The notes under the pieces were generated by a model. It ran no database searches and was not told the DNA's origin. It saw only the letters and a list, made by a program, of their open reading frames with translations. The position numbers and the translations under genes were made by a program. A DNA stretch of 64,000 nucleotides from Candidatus Altimarinota bacterium (lineage in GTDB: Bacteria > Patescibacteriota > Gracilibacteria > 1-14-2-50-48-13). Where the stretch lies: NCBI GenBank assembly GCA_046314355.1, contig JBKBWQ010000001.1, positions 864,001 to 928,000 of the forward strand. The letters are read 5' to 3'. Below are positions 19,268 to 28,620 of the stretch, piece after piece (the stretch's first letter is position 1; each line of letters starts with the position of its first letter).

Positions 19268-20806
19268 GTGTTCTCTCGCCTTTTTAAACCAATGGGACTG
19301 AAGACAGCATCTATAGTGCTCTCTTTATCCACCTTCTGCAGCTATTTTCTGGGATTTTTCAGAGATAAAACACTCGCGTATTTTTTTGGTCAAAATGGTC
19401 TGACGGATGTCTATAATCTTGCCTTCACTATTCCGGATTTCATTTTTAACTTCTGTATCGCTGGAGCACTGACTGGAGTCTTTATACCTATCTTCATTGC
19501 TCATAAAGAAGATGGACAGGAAAAGGCAGACGAACTTGCAAGTATATTTTTAAGTGTAATGGGTGTCTTTATTACGGTTATCTGTCTTATAGCGTGGATA
19601 CTTACTCCATGGATTATGGATCAGCTGCTCGTGCATAAGGATCAGCTCGAGACATCAGTGAATCTCACGAGAATCATGCTGCTCTCTCCGATCATTCTCG
19701 GACTTTCAAATACTGTAGGATCAATTCATATTGCCTACAAACATTTCTTTGCATACAGCATCTCGGCAGTGATGTACAACCTGGGAATCATCCTTGGGAT
19801 TATCTTTTTCTACCGGTGGTTTGGGATATATTCCGCAGCTATAGGAGTGATCATTGGCGCATTATTACATGCATCCATCCGTCTTTTTGACCTAAAACAT
19901 GTACCGTTTACATTTAAATGGAACTTCACTTTACAGCATCCAGGATTTAGAAAAATACTCCTCTCCATGCTTCCCCGTTCACTAGGACTTGTAAGCATCA
20001 CAGCAGTTACTTTTTTCTGCGGAATAATGGGTCCTTCACTTATTAAAGGCGGATTTACTGCTTATACCTATGCACGTAACTTTCAGAGCTTTCCTGTGAA
20101 TTTTTTCGGTATCACACTTGCCACTGCTGTACTTCCGCTTATATCAGAATTCGTACATAAAAAAGATCATACCGGTCTCTCGGAACGTATGAATACTTCT
20201 CTTAGGCAATTAGTATTTCTTACCATACCTGCGGCCGTAGCACTAAGTGTACTGGCACCTGCAGTTATCAGTGTGCTCAGAGGAGGCGCCTTTTCAGCAG
20301 AAGATGCGGTACTTACCTCTACACTTCTGATGATTCTAGCGATCTCTATTCCATTTGAGAGTCTTACACATCTCTATACGAGAGGCTTCAACGCTTACCA
20401 AAACACATACTTTCCTGCCATTACAAATGTTATCTTTGCAGTAATTGCTATAACAATAATACTATTTACAAAGGATCTTTTTGGAGTCTATTCCTTTGCA
20501 CTTGGATGGATGAGCGGCGCAACTGTACAGTTTCTCATTCTTTTCTTTTCATTCCATTTTGTCTTTAAATTCGGCTCTCTTTATATAACTCCTCTACTTA
20601 TCAGTATTATTAAAGTTACCGTCACTTGTGCGGTGATGTGGACTGGACTCTTCTTCTTTTTCAAATATGTCCCTGCGAATGTACTCACTCTTGTAGGCGG
20701 AACCTCGATAGGAATTGCCCTCTTCTTTGCAGTGAGTTACCTGCTTAAAGCAGAAGAAATGGAAGCATTGAAGCCTATTGTTGCGAGATTTTTACCTAAG
20801 AAGTAA
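19268..20806 (+). CDS. murJ: Lipid II flippase MurJ (MviN)
   Basis: S..LGFFRD..LAYFFG...D.YNLAFTIPD, FIPIF, FPV..FG..LAT..LP; many TM segments. Confidence 0.93.
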   Translation: MFSRLFKPMGLKTASIVLSLSTFCSYFLGFFRDKTLAYFFGQNGLTDVYNLAFTIPDFIFNFCIAGALTGVFIPIFIAHKEDGQEKADELASIFLSVMGVFITVICLIAWILTPWIMDQLLVHKDQLETSVNLTRIMLLSPIILGLSNTVGSIHIAYKHFFAYSISAVMYNLGIILGIIFFYRWFGIYSAAIGVIIGALLHASIRLFDLKHVPFTFKWNFTLQHPGFRKILLSMLPRSLGLVSITAVTFFCGIMGPSLIKGGFTAYTYARNFQSFPVNFFGITLATAVLPLISEFVHKKDHTGLSERMNTSLRQLVFLTIPAAVALSVLAPAVISVLRGGAFSAEDAVLTSTLLMILAISIPFESLTHLYTRGFNAYQNTYFPAITNVIFAVIAITIILFTKDLFGVYSFALGWMSGATVQFLILFFSFHFVFKFGSLYITPLLISIIKVTVTCAVMWTGLFFFFKYVPANVLTLVGGTSIGIALFFAVSYLLKAEEMEALKPIVARFLPKK

Positions 20807-20810
20807 TACA

Positions 20811-20971
20811 GTCATTCTAAGTGAAGCGCAGCGAAATCGAAGGATCTGTAGCATGTACTGTTGTTTAAAAATATACACAGAATTTTCTAGAGTATGCATT
20901 AAACATTATTGTATACTTTATACTTTTATATTTTAGTCTTCGACAGATCCTTCGGCTTCGCTCAGGATGAC
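20811..20971. repeat. REP/REPIN-like inverted-repeat element, copy 1
   Basis: Left arm GTCATTCTAAGTGAAGC...CGAAGGATCTGT and right arm ACAGATCCTTCGGCTTCGCTCAGGATGAC around an AT-rich core. Confidence 0.75.
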
Positions 20972-21072
20972 GCTTTAGATGTTGTTATTTCTTAACTACA
21001 CATTTTTCCAATTTTCCTTTTCTTCTAAGACCGCTCTGATCTACAATGTAGACAATAAATTTCTCTTTAAAT

Positions 21073-22299
21073 ATGAAATTTCTCCATATAGCAGATCTCC
21101 ATCTAGGACAACGGCACATGCAAATGAATGAACGGTTTGAGGATTTTTTCCAAACTCTTCATGATATTTTTCAACATGCCATTACAGATAAAGTGGACTT
21201 CTGTATCATATGCGGAGATATGTTTGATAAAAAACAGCTTGATGCTGAGACACTTTTCAGGACGACAAAGATGCTTACCATCATGAAAGAAGCACATATC
21301 CCTGTATTTGCCATTGAAGGCAATCACGATCAGCGTCTGATCTCAGATCAATATTCTTTTCTCGATTACCTTTCACAGGAAGGACTTCTCACATTGCTTC
21401 GTCCGGAATCAGAGGATGGGAAAGAAAAAATTACACTCTGGGATGAAGCAACGAGAAAAGGCTCCGCGTATAAATTTATGGCAGGAGAAGAATCAGTCCA
21501 AATTATTGGTATCGGATACATCACATCCAGCATCCAGGAGGAAAAGATCGCTTTGCTCAGTGAATACTTTGCAGAGAAACCTCATGAACAGACTATAGTG
21601 ATGATGCACGGTTCTATCGGAGGCGGCATACCAGGATCACTTGATAAGATCCTTCTTGAACCTTTAAAAAATCACATCGATTATATCGGCCTCGGTCACT
21701 GGCATCGTCATATGGAAATAGACGGCTGGATATATAATCCTGGATCTATGGAACACACTGATATCAACCGTGATGATATTTCAAAGGGATACTTTATAGT
21801 GGATATCACAGATGGAAAAAAAGAGGTAAAATTCTTTGAGTCAGGAAAACGCCCTGCTCTTCGCACTACAATTACATTAAAAAACATTGAGACTCTCGAA
21901 GCCGCAACAGAATTTATAGATGCGCATTTCAAAAGTTTTGAAGACACCTATCCAAAAGATATTCCGCTAATGTGCAAATGTACACTACGCGGGAACATTA
22001 CATTCAGCCCATTGGAACTTTCAAAAAAATTAATCGAGAATATAATAAGAGGTCATATGCCTTTACTATTTCTAGAATATGAAAACCTCCTAACCACTCC
22101 AGATATGGTGTTCTCGGGAGAGATCATGACAATAGCAGATCTCTCCTCTGCCTCTCTGGAGCATGAGGTACTGAAAAAACTCGTCTCGGAAAATAGCGAG
22201 TTCAAAAACGAAGAAGATTTGCCGGAGCGTATACAGGAAACAAAAAAAGCAATCCTAAAAAAAGAGACTCCAGAAAGTATTTTTTCACTACTAGAATAA
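21073..22299 (+). CDS. sbcD: SbcD/Mre11 family nuclease
   Basis: Phosphoesterase motifs DLHLG, GDMFD, GNHD, MMHG, LGHWH, NPGS. Confidence 0.9.
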   Translation: MKFLHIADLHLGQRHMQMNERFEDFFQTLHDIFQHAITDKVDFCIICGDMFDKKQLDAETLFRTTKMLTIMKEAHIPVFAIEGNHDQRLISDQYSFLDYLSQEGLLTLLRPESEDGKEKITLWDEATRKGSAYKFMAGEESVQIIGIGYITSSIQEEKIALLSEYFAEKPHEQTIVMMHGSIGGGIPGSLDKILLEPLKNHIDYIGLGHWHRHMEIDGWIYNPGSMEHTDINRDDISKGYFIVDITDGKKEVKFFESGKRPALRTTITLKNIETLEAATEFIDAHFKSFEDTYPKDIPLMCKCTLRGNITFSPLELSKKLIENIIRGHMPLLFLEYENLLTTPDMVFSGEIMTIADLSSASLEHEVLKKLVSENSEFKNEEDLPERIQETKKAILKKETPESIFSLLE

Positions 22300-22300
22300 T

Positions 22301-23578
22301 ATGTACCATTCATCCCAACATACCCTTTCAAATGGAATTGTAACTATCCTCACAGATATCTCTCATTCACATCTTTGTGCTGTATATGCCTTTGTGAAGA
22401 CAGGTTCTCTGCAGGAAGAAGAAGGAGAGAGAGGATATGCTCATCTTCTTGAACACTTGCTTTTAAAAAGACTCACAACTCACAGAGAAGATGCGCTCAC
22501 AAAGTTCTGTACTTCCAGAGGCATGTATTTCAATGCTGAAACAAGCCGGGAATATACAGCATTCTACATTACTGATATTATGCCCGAGTATCTTGCTGAG
22601 GCTTTGAATCTTATGAATGTCATTCTTTTTCATCCTGTGTTTACCGCAAAGGATATGGAGGAAGAAAAAGATATCGTTATCAGTGAACTCTCCGACAGAA
22701 TATCATCTCCGCATTATAAGATGCAGAGAGCATTTTCAGAGTATTATTTCGGCACACATCCGCTTGGACGGGAGGTAGGTGGAAAAATAGATGAAGTACA
22801 GAATGCAGAGTTTGAAAGACTCATGAACTTTTACAAAAAACATTATGTTCCTGAAAATATCGTACTTTCTCTCGCTGGTCCAGGAGCAGAAAAACCTAAT
22901 ATCAGGCATATTATAGATACAACATTTGCACTTGAAGAAAAAAAGCCTCACCCAGCTTCCCTCTTCCCTGCTCATATTCCTCCGGAGAAAAAGGATTTTA
23001 TGTATACTTTGGATTTCGCTGAGAATGTATCGCTTGAATATTTCTTTGTAATCCCAGGAAGAAATTCATATACCGAGGAAGAGAGATTTGCATTCTATTT
23101 TTATGAGGATATTTTAGGCAATTCAAGATATTCCCGTCTCTTTATGAAGCTGCGTGAGGAAAAGCGTCTTGTCTACGGAGTTGGAGTTGGGACGTCTTAC
23201 ATTTTGAATACTGGATCTTTTTCTATAGACACTTCTTGTAAAAAAGAAAATGTAGAAGAAATATCAATACATATTTCTGAAGCTCTACGGACGATGAGAG
23301 ACAATTTTGTTACTTCTGAAGAATTAGAAGAAGCAAAAACCACTGCTCTCGTAGGATATTACCAGATCCTTGATGATGTAAACCGTATTGCATCACGGGC
23401 GGGTCATCTCTATATCACACGAGGTATTCTGATACAGCCTGAGGTAGCTCTAAATAGATTCAAGAGTGTAACAGTTGAGCAGATTCAGGAAGTGGGAAAA
23501 AAGTATATTCTCCCTGGAGAAGCATATAGCTACGTGACATACAAAGAAGAACTTCATATCCCGCATCTGACTCATTAA
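22301..23578 (+). CDS. M16 family zinc peptidase
   Basis: HLLEH inverted zincin motif, NAETS, E..IVISE, HPLGR...G, SRLF..LRE...LVY. Confidence 0.92.
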   Translation: MYHSSQHTLSNGIVTILTDISHSHLCAVYAFVKTGSLQEEEGERGYAHLLEHLLLKRLTTHREDALTKFCTSRGMYFNAETSREYTAFYITDIMPEYLAEALNLMNVILFHPVFTAKDMEEEKDIVISELSDRISSPHYKMQRAFSEYYFGTHPLGREVGGKIDEVQNAEFERLMNFYKKHYVPENIVLSLAGPGAEKPNIRHIIDTTFALEEKKPHPASLFPAHIPPEKKDFMYTLDFAENVSLEYFFVIPGRNSYTEEERFAFYFYEDILGNSRYSRLFMKLREEKRLVYGVGVGTSYILNTGSFSIDTSCKKENVEEISIHISEALRTMRDNFVTSEELEEAKTTALVGYYQILDDVNRIASRAGHLYITRGILIQPEVALNRFKSVTVEQIQEVGKKYILPGEAYSYVTYKEELHIPHLTH

Positions 23579-26439
23579 TGTTCATCGAATCACTTACACT
23601 TAGAGGAATAAAATCATACCGTGAAGAGGTCACAATTCCTTTTCGTGAAGGTATAAACTTTATTGCCGGTAGAAATGGTGCCGGAAAAACCACTATTATT
23701 GAGAGCATAGGATATCTCCTTTTCTGGATACGTCCGTATCAATACAAAGACCTCCTTTCAACTGGTATGAAGGAAGGATTCCTATCTGTTACCTTCAGAG
23801 GAAATGACGAGAGATCATATATTATCTCCCGTGAAATCAGGAAGGATAAGTGTAAATACGTACAGCTCACAGATCTCCAGACAGGAAAAATTATAGAAGG
23901 TGAAGATGTTGTCAGAGAACAGGTTTTTCAGATACATAATATTTTTTCCCTAGATCATCTCGAAGAGATGTTTCAGGAAATCGTAGCAGTTACACAAGGA
24001 AAATTTACCGCCCCTTTTCTCGAAAACGGTATGGAAAAAAAGAGAAAGTTCCAGCGAATGTTTGGACTGGAAACTTATGAGGAAGCTTATAAATTAAGCA
24101 GTCAGTTTCCTGGAATATTAAAAGAAGAAATTCATTCTATAGAAAACGGAATTAAAAATCTTGAGGGACAGCTCCTTCAGAAACCTGAAGAGGAGGAAAA
24201 AGAAAAGAGTCTAAAAGGTGCACTTGAGGTTCTCCAGCAAGATTTTACAAAACTTCAAACGAACTTAAATGAAAAAGAAAAAGTTTTTCTTGAGCAGAAA
24301 AAGATAAAAGAAACACTCGAAAAATACACTGAGGATCTGCGTAGTCTTCGTGAAAATTATAAATTAGAAAAAGGAAAAGAAACGAGTATTGAGGAACAAG
24401 TGAAGAAAAGTCTGGAGGCAAAAGCTGTTTGTGATAAACATTCAAATGATCATAAACAATATGAAGAAACTGAAACTTTATTAGGAAAGCTCTCGGCAGA
24501 TTTATTGAAAGCAGAAAGTATTGAAAGGTCTTTCCAACAGCTTGTTCAAGAAGAGACAAGAATGCTCACTGAAAAAGAAGGTATTGAAAAACGTATTTTG
24601 CAGATTGATGACGTTGTATTACATCCGGAGAAAAATATTGAAAAAGAAATTCAGGAAGCTTCTACGGCATCTACTCATCTGCAAGAAAAAAACACCCTAC
24701 TTATAGAGCAGAAAAAGAAACTCACTTCCCTTTCTGATGCTCGAAATCATCTTGAAAAACTTCTTATAGTTTTCGTACAGGAAGAAGAAACTTTAAAGAA
24801 AACTGAAGATGAAAAAGTTCGTCTTACAAAAGAAATCTCCAAGTTCAGCGACCTTGCAATAAAGAGAAAGAAACTTAAGGATGATGAAGAAGCATTGTTG
24901 GAAATTCAAAAGAAAATAGAGGAAACAATGAGACTTTATACAATTGCAGAGACAAAATTAAGACAGTTCCAGATAGAAGAAAAAACCTGTGCTGACGGTG
25001 AATGTCCGACTTGCGGAACAAAGGGAGATTTTTCCGTACATTTTTCTACAAAGACACAAATCGTAGAGAAAGAAATCCATGAGTTAAAAGAAATACAGCT
25101 TAATCTTCAAAAAGAACTAAAAAAATTTGAAGATATCGATGAAAGAAAGAACACACTTCTGAAAAATGAAGAGGAATTAAGAATTCTCACCACTCACTTA
25201 GATAAATTATCAGCAGAAATAAGTACTACAAATACTGACAAAATACATGAAATTTTCAATGAGATCGAAAAATTGAATATACAAGGTTTCCAACAGCCTA
25301 AAAAGATTTCAAGTGCTTCAGTAAAAGAAATAAATATTTCCCTCTTCAATTACATTTCAAAAAAGAAAACTGCAACTGAACAAAGTGAGCAAGAATTACA
25401 ATTAAGCAAGCAATCAAACGCAGCATTACTTGCAACTCTTCAGGCAAGAAAGTCTGAAGCAGAGAAACAGATATCTGAGAAAGAAGAACTACAGAAAAAG
25501 ATCGCTTCTTTCTCAGAACATCATTCACAACTGGATGCCAAAAAACAGGAGCTTCAGAAAGAACTTACAAAATTCAATGAGATTAAAGAACAGCATGCAA
25601 AACTCTCAGAATATTTAAAAACCCTGAGAAGCGCACACTCCGAATATATGTCCTACTGTAAAGAAGCTGATCGTCTTCCAGACCTTGAAACCAGTCTCAA
25701 AGCACAGCAAATGCTTGCAAATAGTTATCTAGAATCAGGGAAGAAGGCAAAAGAAGAATTTGATGCATTAGAAAAAACTTTTGATCCCCAAGCCTTTGAG
25801 AAATCCCAGGATGAAATAGGTGGATTGAGAGCATTTGTCATGAAAGCCGACACAGAAAAGAAACGTGCAGAGCAGGATCTTCAGGTAACGCAGAAAAGAC
25901 TTGAAGCGCTTTACCAGAAAGAAAAAGAACGAACTGAATGCATCCTGGAAAAAGAAAAAAAAGAAAAGAAACTTCGTAAACTTGAATTCGTAAGAAGTGT
26001 CTTAAATCAAGCAGCTGAGCCTATTGCAACACGTTTCCGTACTCTTTTGTCAGACAAGGCGGCTCTCTTCTTCAGACGACTTTCTCAGGAATCAAGTATG
26101 CTTTCCTGGGGTGAAGATTTTGAAGTATTTCTCATCAGGCAGGAGGATCATATACGAAAGTTTCAGCAGCTTTCTGGAGGTGAACAGATGATCTGTGCCC
26201 TTTCCATCAGACTTGCTCTTATGCAGTATGTATCACCTTTTAAAATCGGATTCTTTGATGAACCTACGCAGAATCTAGATGAAGCTCATAGAAGGAGTTT
26301 AGGAAATCTGCTTCCTCATGTGCTCGATGGATTTGAACAACTTTTTTTGATCTCACACGATGACACCTTTGATGCGATGACAGATAATGTGATTATGCTG
26401 GAAAAGACGGAGGATGGGACAAAAGTAGTCACATTTTGA
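23578..26439 (+). CDS. sbcC: SbcC/Rad50 SMC-family ATPase
   Basis: Walker A GRNGAGKTT, Q-loop QGKF, long coiled coil with Zn-hook CPTC, LSGGE, FFDEPT, SHD. Confidence 0.93.
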   Translation: MFIESLTLRGIKSYREEVTIPFREGINFIAGRNGAGKTTIIESIGYLLFWIRPYQYKDLLSTGMKEGFLSVTFRGNDERSYIISREIRKDKCKYVQLTDLQTGKIIEGEDVVREQVFQIHNIFSLDHLEEMFQEIVAVTQGKFTAPFLENGMEKKRKFQRMFGLETYEEAYKLSSQFPGILKEEIHSIENGIKNLEGQLLQKPEEEEKEKSLKGALEVLQQDFTKLQTNLNEKEKVFLEQKKIKETLEKYTEDLRSLRENYKLEKGKETSIEEQVKKSLEAKAVCDKHSNDHKQYEETETLLGKLSADLLKAESIERSFQQLVQEETRMLTEKEGIEKRILQIDDVVLHPEKNIEKEIQEASTASTHLQEKNTLLIEQKKKLTSLSDARNHLEKLLIVFVQEEETLKKTEDEKVRLTKEISKFSDLAIKRKKLKDDEEALLEIQKKIEETMRLYTIAETKLRQFQIEEKTCADGECPTCGTKGDFSVHFSTKTQIVEKEIHELKEIQLNLQKELKKFEDIDERKNTLLKNEEELRILTTHLDKLSAEISTTNTDKIHEIFNEIEKLNIQGFQQPKKISSASVKEINISLFNYISKKKTATEQSEQELQLSKQSNAALLATLQARKSEAEKQISEKEELQKKIASFSEHHSQLDAKKQELQKELTKFNEIKEQHAKLSEYLKTLRSAHSEYMSYCKEADRLPDLETSLKAQQMLANSYLESGKKAKEEFDALEKTFDPQAFEKSQDEIGGLRAFVMKADTEKKRAEQDLQVTQKRLEALYQKEKERTECILEKEKKEKKLRKLEFVRSVLNQAAEPIATRFRTLLSDKAALFFRRLSQESSMLSWGEDFEVFLIRQEDHIRKFQQLSGGEQMICALSIRLALMQYVSPFKIGFFDEPTQNLDEAHRRSLGNLLPHVLDGFEQLFLISHDDTFDAMTDNVIMLEKTEDGTKVVTF

Positions 26440-26520
26440 TTCCTAAAAACGTCAACCCACTAGAATGTACAGGAGTCTAAAAAAAAGTTATAGTTTCTTC
26501 GTTATTATTTTAAAAAAACT

Positions 26521-27405
26521 ATGAATTATTTTTTCATATATATCAAAGGTCTGTGTATGGGAGCAGCTGATGTAGTACCTGGTGTTTCTGGTGGAACAAT
26601 TGCGTTTATCTCAGGTATCTATGAACGGCTTCTTCAGGCTATATCTCATGTAGATATGGTCTTTATAAAAAAGCTATCCCGGGGTGAAATCAAAGCAGCA
26701 TGGACATACCTCGATGGCTCCTTCCTGACTGTTCTTTTTCTAGGAATTCTCACTTCCTTTCTTCTTCTAGCAAGAGTTGTGCTCTACTTTATGGAATACC
26801 ATACAGAATTATTCTGGGGAGGAATGGCAGGACTCATTCTTGCATCTACGATCCTTGTATGGAGACAGCTGAAAAAATGGAATTGGATATATTTTCTTCC
26901 CCTCCTTCTTGGAGCTGGCAGCGCTTACTTTATTTCTATTGCCACCCCTTCAGCGACTCCAAATGATCTTTGGTTTATTTTTCTAAGTGGAATGATTGCT
27001 ATTTGTGCAATGATCCTGCCTGGAATATCAGGAAGTTTTATACTGGTACTCCTCCAAAAATATGAGTATATGATGACTGCCATAAAAGAAATACGTATTG
27101 CAGAGATTGTGATCTTTATAGCAGGGTGCGTAGTAGGACTTCTCTCCTTTGCCCGACTTCTCAAATACCTCTTTAGAGCTTATCACGACATTACCGTGAT
27201 GGTTATGGCAGGCTTTATGCTTGGTTCTCTCATCAAGCTCTGGCCATGGAAAACTCAAATAGAGAGTGGTACATTTTTCAAAGAAGTAAATGTACTACCA
27301 TCAGAGTATACGGGAGATCCAAAAGTTCTAGCAGTTGTAGTCACCTTTGTACTCTGCTGTGCCTTTGTTATGCTTCTAGAGTACATTGCTCTCAAGAAGA
27401 AGTAG
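26521..27405 (+). CDS. DUF368 family membrane protein (putative undecaprenyl-phosphate translocase)
   Basis: KG..MGAADVVPGVSGGTIA and AMILPGISGS re-entrant motifs. Confidence 0.9.
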   Translation: MNYFFIYIKGLCMGAADVVPGVSGGTIAFISGIYERLLQAISHVDMVFIKKLSRGEIKAAWTYLDGSFLTVLFLGILTSFLLLARVVLYFMEYHTELFWGGMAGLILASTILVWRQLKKWNWIYFLPLLLGAGSAYFISIATPSATPNDLWFIFLSGMIAICAMILPGISGSFILVLLQKYEYMMTAIKEIRIAEIVIFIAGCVVGLLSFARLLKYLFRAYHDITVMVMAGFMLGSLIKLWPWKTQIESGTFFKEVNVLPSEYTGDPKVLAVVVTFVLCCAFVMLLEYIALKKK

Positions 27406-27444
27406 GTATAGTGAAAAACTATGCCTCAAAAAAAATCACAATTG

Positions 27445-28350
27445 TTACTGAACAATAAAATATATAAATAATCCTGCTTGAGAAAGCACAAACAGAGCGT
27501 ATATACCAAGCAAACCAAAACCCTCTTTTCTTGATAAGCACTGAGCAGATTGAGCAAAAAGGAACAAAAGAGAAAAACTGAGAATTGTAAAAAGTGCAGT
27601 CGTTATAAACTCTGATGACTCCACAATAAATGTACCATTCAAGAGACTTAAGGCACCAAATAGAAGAGTATTAGCCACGGACGAACCCATATAATCTCCA
27701 AAAGCAATATCCGCCCGGTGTTTACGCATAGATCTAACAGCGATCACAATCTCCGGTATATTTGTCCCAATGGATAAGACAAGGAGAGCGATGATGGAGC
27801 TTGGAACACCAAAATACTCAGAAAAGTAGACAACTTCCTCCACAAGAATATGACCAGAAAGAAAGATAGCTAAAGCACCACCGATAATAATACCGATATC
27901 TTTAAAATGTGCGTGTTTTTTGTGCACAAGTTCATATTCGATATCCTGGAGAACTTCCGGCATTGCCTCCTGTTTCCCTTTACGAATAAAATAAAGCAGT
28001 ACCCCATATGCTACAAAACAAAAAAGCCCTTCTATTCGAGTAACAACACCGTCCGCAAGACAAAGTACAGGCAGAGCTACTACACCTAAAGCAAGAGCCA
28101 ATTGCTGTTTTTTTAAGACGGTCTGGAGCTGCATGCCGTTACCAAGTATTGCCAGTAGCGGCACTATAAACACCAAGAGTACAAGCGAAGCACCAGGCAA
28201 ATTTCCTGCCGATACCTGTGGAGTATTATTCAAGGTAGAATTTATCATAACCGAGAGCTCACTGATAGAGGTCATAAACCCAAGAACGAAGAATGCCACG
28301 GTAAACCCGCTTTTATTCAAACGTTTAGATACTCTGTCCACAGCATCCAC
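27445..28350 (-). CDS. Sodium:calcium (CaCA) antiporter; 5' end uncertain
   Basis: Alpha repeats GFMTSISEL...GN and SIGTNIPE...GD..GS. The frame stays open about 30 codons upstream without an in-frame ATG. Confidence 0.85.
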   Translation of the reverse strand: MDAVDRVSKRLNKSGFTVAFFVLGFMTSISELSVMINSTLNNTPQVSAGNLPGASLVLLVFIVPLLAILGNGMQLQTVLKKQQLALALGVVALPVLCLADGVVTRIEGLFCFVAYGVLLYFIRKGKQEAMPEVLQDIEYELVHKKHAHFKDIGIIIGGALAIFLSGHILVEEVVYFSEYFGVPSSIIALLVLSIGTNIPEIVIAVRSMRKHRADIAFGDYMGSSVANTLLFGALSLLNGTFIVESSEFITTALFTILSFSLLFLFAQSAQCLSRKEGFGLLGIYALFVLSQAGLFIYFIVQ

Positions 28351-28494
28351 AAGGAGACCTGAGAATACCCAGATAACTAGGATACTTAAAAGAAAGTAGA
28401 GAAAATGTATAATGTGTAGATGAAAAGAAATATATTCATCTCATTATATCAAAAGTTGGCGTGTGAGGATAGGGGGAAGTAAGGGAGTAATTAA

Positions 28495-28620
28495 GGCTCT
28501 ATAATTGGGCACACATTATTGGGCTCTTATCATAGGGCTACAATAATTGAACTCAATGATGTGCGCCCAGTACTGAGTTCAATTATTGAGTCCAATTACC
28601 GAGCCCCAATTACTTGAGCC
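28495..28620. repeat. Long imperfect palindrome built from degenerate AATT-GGGC/GAGC units
   Basis: Perfect inner stem CAATAATTGAACTCA (28541-55)/TGAGTTCAATTATTG (28574-88); outer arms GGCTCTATAATTGGGC / GCCCCAATTACTTGAGCC. Confidence 0.6.

Noticed and set aside
21073-26439. Wadjet or Lamassu SMC defence system
   Set aside because: The Zn-hook Rad50 architecture and an Mre11 partner fit SbcCD; no Jet or Lmu partners seen.
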